Shown here: positions 60,526 through 64,000 of the stretch, piece by piece | How the letters are laid out: each line of letters opens with the position of its first letter | Numbering within the stretch: position 1 is the stretch's first letter | Assembly: GCA_044870765.1 (NCBI GenBank) | Contig: JBIOZG010000043.1 | Location: 40,080-104,079, forward strand | Source of the DNA: Nitrososphaeraceae archaeon | GTDB lineage: Archaea > Thermoproteota > Nitrososphaeria > Nitrososphaerales > Nitrososphaeraceae | DNA: 64,000 nucleotides | Direction: 5' to 3' | Notes under the pieces: model-generated | Told to the model about the DNA's origin: nothing | What the model saw: the letters and a program-made list of their open reading frames with translations, nothing else | The model's database searches: none | Made by a program: the position numbers and the translations under genes

Positions 60526-60660
60526 ATTTGTTACAATTCTTATAATCGTAAGAAATAGATTTAAGCATTAAATCTAATGGCTAGGAAGAGTTAGTTCACT
60601 TTCAATCCATATTGTAATGCTTTTAATGTTATCGGGTATATCAAATTAGTCGATTTATTG

Positions 60661-60730
60661 CCATAAGAAAAAGCTAAATACGAAGTTAATAGAATCCATG
60701 CAAGGTTCGAATCCCAATCCCAATGAGCTC
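60661..60730 (+). repeat. att-like site A5
   Basis: ccataagaaaaagctaaatacgaagttaatagaatccatgcaaGGTTCGAATCCC-aatccc-aatgagctc. Confidence 0.85.
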
Positions 60731-60739
60731 TAGAGATTA

Positions 60740-60816
60740 GAAAACTTTAAAGCTTATTAATCCGTTTTAGAAGAAGGATCCTAAATTAGAATCGATAGCG
60801 TCGTGGGTACCGACGG
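60740..60816 (+). repeat. att-like site B3
   Basis: aaaactttaaagctta...aggatcc...ttagaatcgatagCGTCGtgggtacCGACGg. Confidence 0.85.
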
Positions 60817-60830
60817 TTAAGACCTCTGAA

Positions 60831-60920
60831 GAAAAACTATAATTAAATAGTTTAGTATTATGTATTAGAATCCTGCATTTGAACTAATTTTATTGCGGAA
60901 ACCGACGTCCGAACACTTGA
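60831..60920 (+). repeat. att-like site C2
   Basis: aaaaactata..tatgtattagaatcc..actaattttattgc..aCCGACGtccgaacacttga. Confidence 0.8.
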
Positions 60921-61014
60921 TGACCTTATTTTGGCCGAATGAACGTTATAGAAAATCTAAACTTACTCTGGGATTTCAGGTTCAACTAGTTTTGTTGATT
61001 TAGTAACATACTTT

Positions 61015-61845
61015 TTATTCGGCAAATCTACCTACACCTGGAGAATTTGTATTCGTTGTATTTCCCAGAAAGTTTATCGACTTGATAAATTGATCTCGGA
61101 TTCGAATATTTTCTGGACTATCAAATTCATCTGTTCTTTCGGTAAAAGATATCTCATAAGCATGATCTCCAACGTAGACAAGCCATATTTGAGATCCCCA
61201 AGTCCATGCATTATCCTCATATTTTTCCTTAAAAGTATAGAGGAAGGTTCCGGCCTTTTGACCATCAATAGTTAGAAATTTAGGTTGTTCGATAACTCTA
61301 TATTCGTAGCTGTAGTCTCCACTTATTGAATTCTTAAACACATCGTAAACTGTTGTCGTAATATCTCTAGAACCAAAATCAACTGTCGGGTCATCGCCAT
61401 ACTGAATCAGAATAAATCCTCTACCTAACGCTGGATTTTTTATTTCCAAATCCGTTCCTTCATCAAATCTACCTGTCTTTTCGTGCACTTGCCAATTGCT
61501 GGGATAATGAAATCGTATTTTATATTGATCGCTACTGTAATTGTTCATTGTTGCTGAAGTAAGTGAAGATGAAATGTTTGTAGCTGTGATAGATACATTA
61601 TTAGTCACATTGGACAAAACATTCTTTGCTTGGTCCATTGCACTTTGGGTAACATTAGATGTCACGTTTGACGCTAAATTAAGGAGTTTATTGGCCTCGT
61701 TCATTGCTGCTGAAGTAGCATTTGATGTGGCATTTGGTAACGCGGCAAATGTTTCGTTTGCTAAAAATGATAAGATAATGAATGTCAAAAGAAGCAAAAC
61801 AATATTCGTCTGGAATTGGCTTGGCACAATCTCTAAGGGTGTCAA
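61015..61845 (-). CDS. Secreted PsbP-like domain protein with N/S/T-rich stalk
   Basis: Signal peptide, many N-x-S/T sequons, FHYPSNW...FIKSINF domain. Confidence 0.8.
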   Translation of the reverse strand: MTPLEIVPSQFQTNIVLLLLTFIILSFLANETFAALPNATSNATSAAMNEANKLLNLASNVTSNVTQSAMDQAKNVLSNVTNNVSITATNISSSLTSATMNNYSSDQYKIRFHYPSNWQVHEKTGRFDEGTDLEIKNPALGRGFILIQYGDDPTVDFGSRDITTTVYDVFKNSISGDYSYEYRVIEQPKFLTIDGQKAGTFLYTFKEKYEDNAWTWGSQIWLVYVGDHAYEISFTERTDEFDSPENIRIRDQFIKSINFLGNTTNTNSPGVGRFAE

Positions 61846-61926
61846 TTTATATGAAATTTGAATATTGACAATTATTTAACCATTCAGGATGAAATAGATA
61901 AAAACATCCTTAAATGAACTGTAAAT

Positions 61927-62283
61927 ATGAAAAAATTACTTTTAGGTTCTGCAATCTTGATTATATTCTTCACCACGGTGGATGTTCCTGTTTCAGAAGC
62001 TCAAAACAACATGTCGTTGGTTCTACGACCACCTCCCATAGACATTAAGCAGTTGATTTTAAAAGTCTCTCCACTTATAGAAGTGGAATATCAAGGTGAA
62101 TCAATTGTGATTCTTAAGGCTGATGAGGACACTTTGTTATTGACTAATAGTTCAATGTCGCCCTTCTGGAAAGCAATAGATGCTGTTAAACACTATGGCT
62201 ATAGTCTCAATGATATTGGAACCTCTGGCATGGGGAGTCAGGGAAATCCGACTAGATTTTACGCTATAATGTCAAAACCCTAA
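61927..62283 (+). CDS. Secreted hypothetical protein
   Basis: Signal peptide; AID.VK..GY.L.....SG.GS.GNPTRFY..MSK. Confidence 0.75.
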   Translation: MKKLLLGSAILIIFFTTVDVPVSEAQNNMSLVLRPPPIDIKQLILKVSPLIEVEYQGESIVILKADEDTLLLTNSSMSPFWKAIDAVKHYGYSLNDIGTSGMGSQGNPTRFYAIMSKP

Positions 62284-62588
62284 TAACGTCAGTAAATGGC
62301 TTAAACCGGTTAGGATAAGTTGAATATGCTGAGATTAGAGTTACTCATATTCAGGAACAAATTCCAAATATTTTTTAAGATAGTTAGACTCATTCGTAAT
62401 TAGGTAGTTATCAGGAAATTCTGTATAATATTGCTCCATCGTCCTCGGATGAGACAGACAAGTGTTAGTCTTGGTTGACAAAATTTTATGCATTTTACAT
62501 TTAGACCGCTATTATTGATACGGGATATTGAAGTCACTACACAACAAATTAAATATAAATAAAATGGAACAAAATAAATGATACCCTA

Positions 62589-62984
62589 TTATCCTAATGG
62601 CCATCCAAAGCGATCGAATCCTTCTGTAGCATCATCAACATTTGTATTGTCCTGTGTCCAGAACTGATCGGCTATGGGTGATGTAGCTGATAGGCCGCTT
62701 GAAGAGCCATACAGAACTTGTACTGCGCCTGCATCTTCTACAGATAGTATATCTTCATTTGGTAACCCAATAGCAACATCATCTTTACCATCACCGTTGA
62801 AATCTGCTTTTACCTCAATGGCATTGACATCAGAGAATAAGAAAGTTATCGATAAAAATGATAATAGCGTCAATGAAAAAATAATTCCTAATATTCTAAT
62901 TTTGTCTAATGTATCTTTAATAAATCTATATTGTTGATAAGCTTGTACGCTCTCGATTATTTTTAACTTATTATAAATTTTCAT
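62589..62984 (-). CDS. FG-GAP (integrin-alpha-like) repeat protein, probably internally deleted
   Basis: ADFNGDGKDDVAIG.P.ED....DAGAVQVLYGS..G and D.FG; only one repeat present. Confidence 0.7.
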   Translation of the reverse strand: MKIYNKLKIIESVQAYQQYRFIKDTLDKIRILGIIFSLTLLSFLSITFLFSDVNAIEVKADFNGDGKDDVAIGLPNEDILSVEDAGAVQVLYGSSSGLSATSPIADQFWTQDNTNVDDATEGFDRFGWPLG

Positions 62985-63170
62985 TCTTTAAGGCATATTT
63001 GTTATACAGTACTAGATAAATCCGTCTGAAATATTTCATGGATTCTAATAATCATTCCAGTTTCCGAAGTTCTCCCAAAGAGAATCCTTATTCCTGCAAA
63101 TAATTTAACTAAGAAAGTGAATCTTACATTAAAGAATAAAACGTTCAGACAAATAGTAATATCCTCAGGT

Positions 63171-63359
63171 TTAGCCCTCAAGAGTTAATTCATTTTCAGG
63201 GTCTACTCTTCTTTCCCGAATCTCTTGAATTTTCTTAATAGTATTCTGTTCCTTCCTCGTTTTCTTCGGATTCTTCTCGAGCCGAAGTATAAGTTTGGCT
63301 AGTTCCTCAACAGTCCAATCAATCATGTCGAAGTCTACCTCTATAGTTTTTCTCGACAT
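63171..63359 (-). CDS. Small hypothetical protein
   Basis: 62-aa charged helical ORF downstream of the Zn-ribbon gene. Confidence 0.55.
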   Translation of the reverse strand: MSRKTIEVDFDMIDWTVEELAKLILRLEKNPKKTRKEQNTIKKIQEIRERRVDPENELTLEG

Positions 63360-63378
63360 TTTTTATATTATTGGCTTC

Positions 63379-63558
63379 CTATTGATAATGATCAAATGTC
63401 TTTTGTTTCTTAGCCCAAAGTGGAATGGCGGCACAGTCCTTACATTCTAAATAGACATCTATGCTATTCTGCTTACTCAAAACTTTATTTAGTTGCTTGG
63501 CTATTATCCTTCGCTTCCCGCATACACTGCAAGTTGAGAAATTGCCTACGAGACTCAT
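63379..63558 (-). CDS. Small zinc-ribbon protein
   Basis: CSVCGK...ECKDC; likely start MSLVGNF at 63558. Confidence 0.6.
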   Translation of the reverse strand: MSLVGNFSTCSVCGKRRIIAKQLNKVLSKQNSIDVYLECKDCAAIPLWAKKQKTFDHYQ

Positions 63559-64000
63559 TTTAAATTTGATTGTTATTAATATCGCACAGGCGATATAAAA
63601 CTTTATTTTTGCATTTCGATTAACTTTTGTAAGGGTAGAACAGTGGTGAATCATCATTTATACTTTATTTCTTTATCAAGCATCCAACAGCATTAAAATT
63701 CTACGATACGGAAAAGATGGGGGATGACTATAAAGATTATTTATTTATTGCAGATGCAAATACAGGCAGTATTTATCATTTTGACCCGTGGAAAAAGCCG
63801 TTATAAGTACTCAAACTTTCAATAACAAATTTCTCAGTATAGTCAATTCATGACTACTAATGGAAGAGAACTTAATCTAAACAAATACTTTGTTTGATTA
63901 TCCAACCACTTAGCATTACCCATTTTCAAATCCATTACAGGTACACTTCATGCAATAGTTTTTTCCGTGTTTATCAAAAAATGCATTCGTTTAGCATGGT

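Noticed and set aside
27301-60730. A sites as additional tRNA genes or split-tRNA halves
   Set aside because: Only the T-arm/3' strand resembles tRNA. There is no D-arm or anticodon arm, the copies are degenerate, and no complementary trans-splicing leader is evident.
27301-60920. Dispersed repeats as a CRISPR array
   Set aside because: Copies are degenerate, 55-90 bp long and mostly kilobases apart; there is no repeat-spacer periodicity and no cas gene.
24739-64000. Provirus or IS element
   Set aside because: No recognisable capsid, packaging ATPase, replication or transposase gene and no terminal inverted repeats.

Overview
AT-rich genomic window from an ammonia-oxidizing archaeon (Nitrososphaerales-like; it carries amoC, archaeal ThrRS, PolB and intron-containing tRNAs). 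Positions 1-24.7 kb are mostly core genes (hisA/hisF, thrS, agmatinase, polB, tatC, pyrH, HD hydrolase, tmk, stand-alone amoC, IMPase, tRNA-Asp, tRNA-Lys), plus a small polysaccharide locus. From the 3' end of tRNA-Lys(UUU) at 24738 to the window end lies an accessory island of about 39 kb. It holds a complete molybdenum-cofactor/sulfite-oxidase module, surface proteins, a UDG-fold gene, an uncharacterised HEXXH-peptidase operon and many gene relics. The main non-coding signal is a set of ten co-oriented 55-90 bp sites in three related subfamilies (A, B, C). Each ends in sequence matching the tRNA-Lys T-arm/acceptor 3' end, they divide the island into cassette-like modules (one a single gene), and a probable tyrosine-integrase relic lies directly after the best-preserved site. 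This suggests a tRNA-anchored, integron-like cassette array or repeated tandem integration. All calls come from reading the sequence by eye; no database searches were run.
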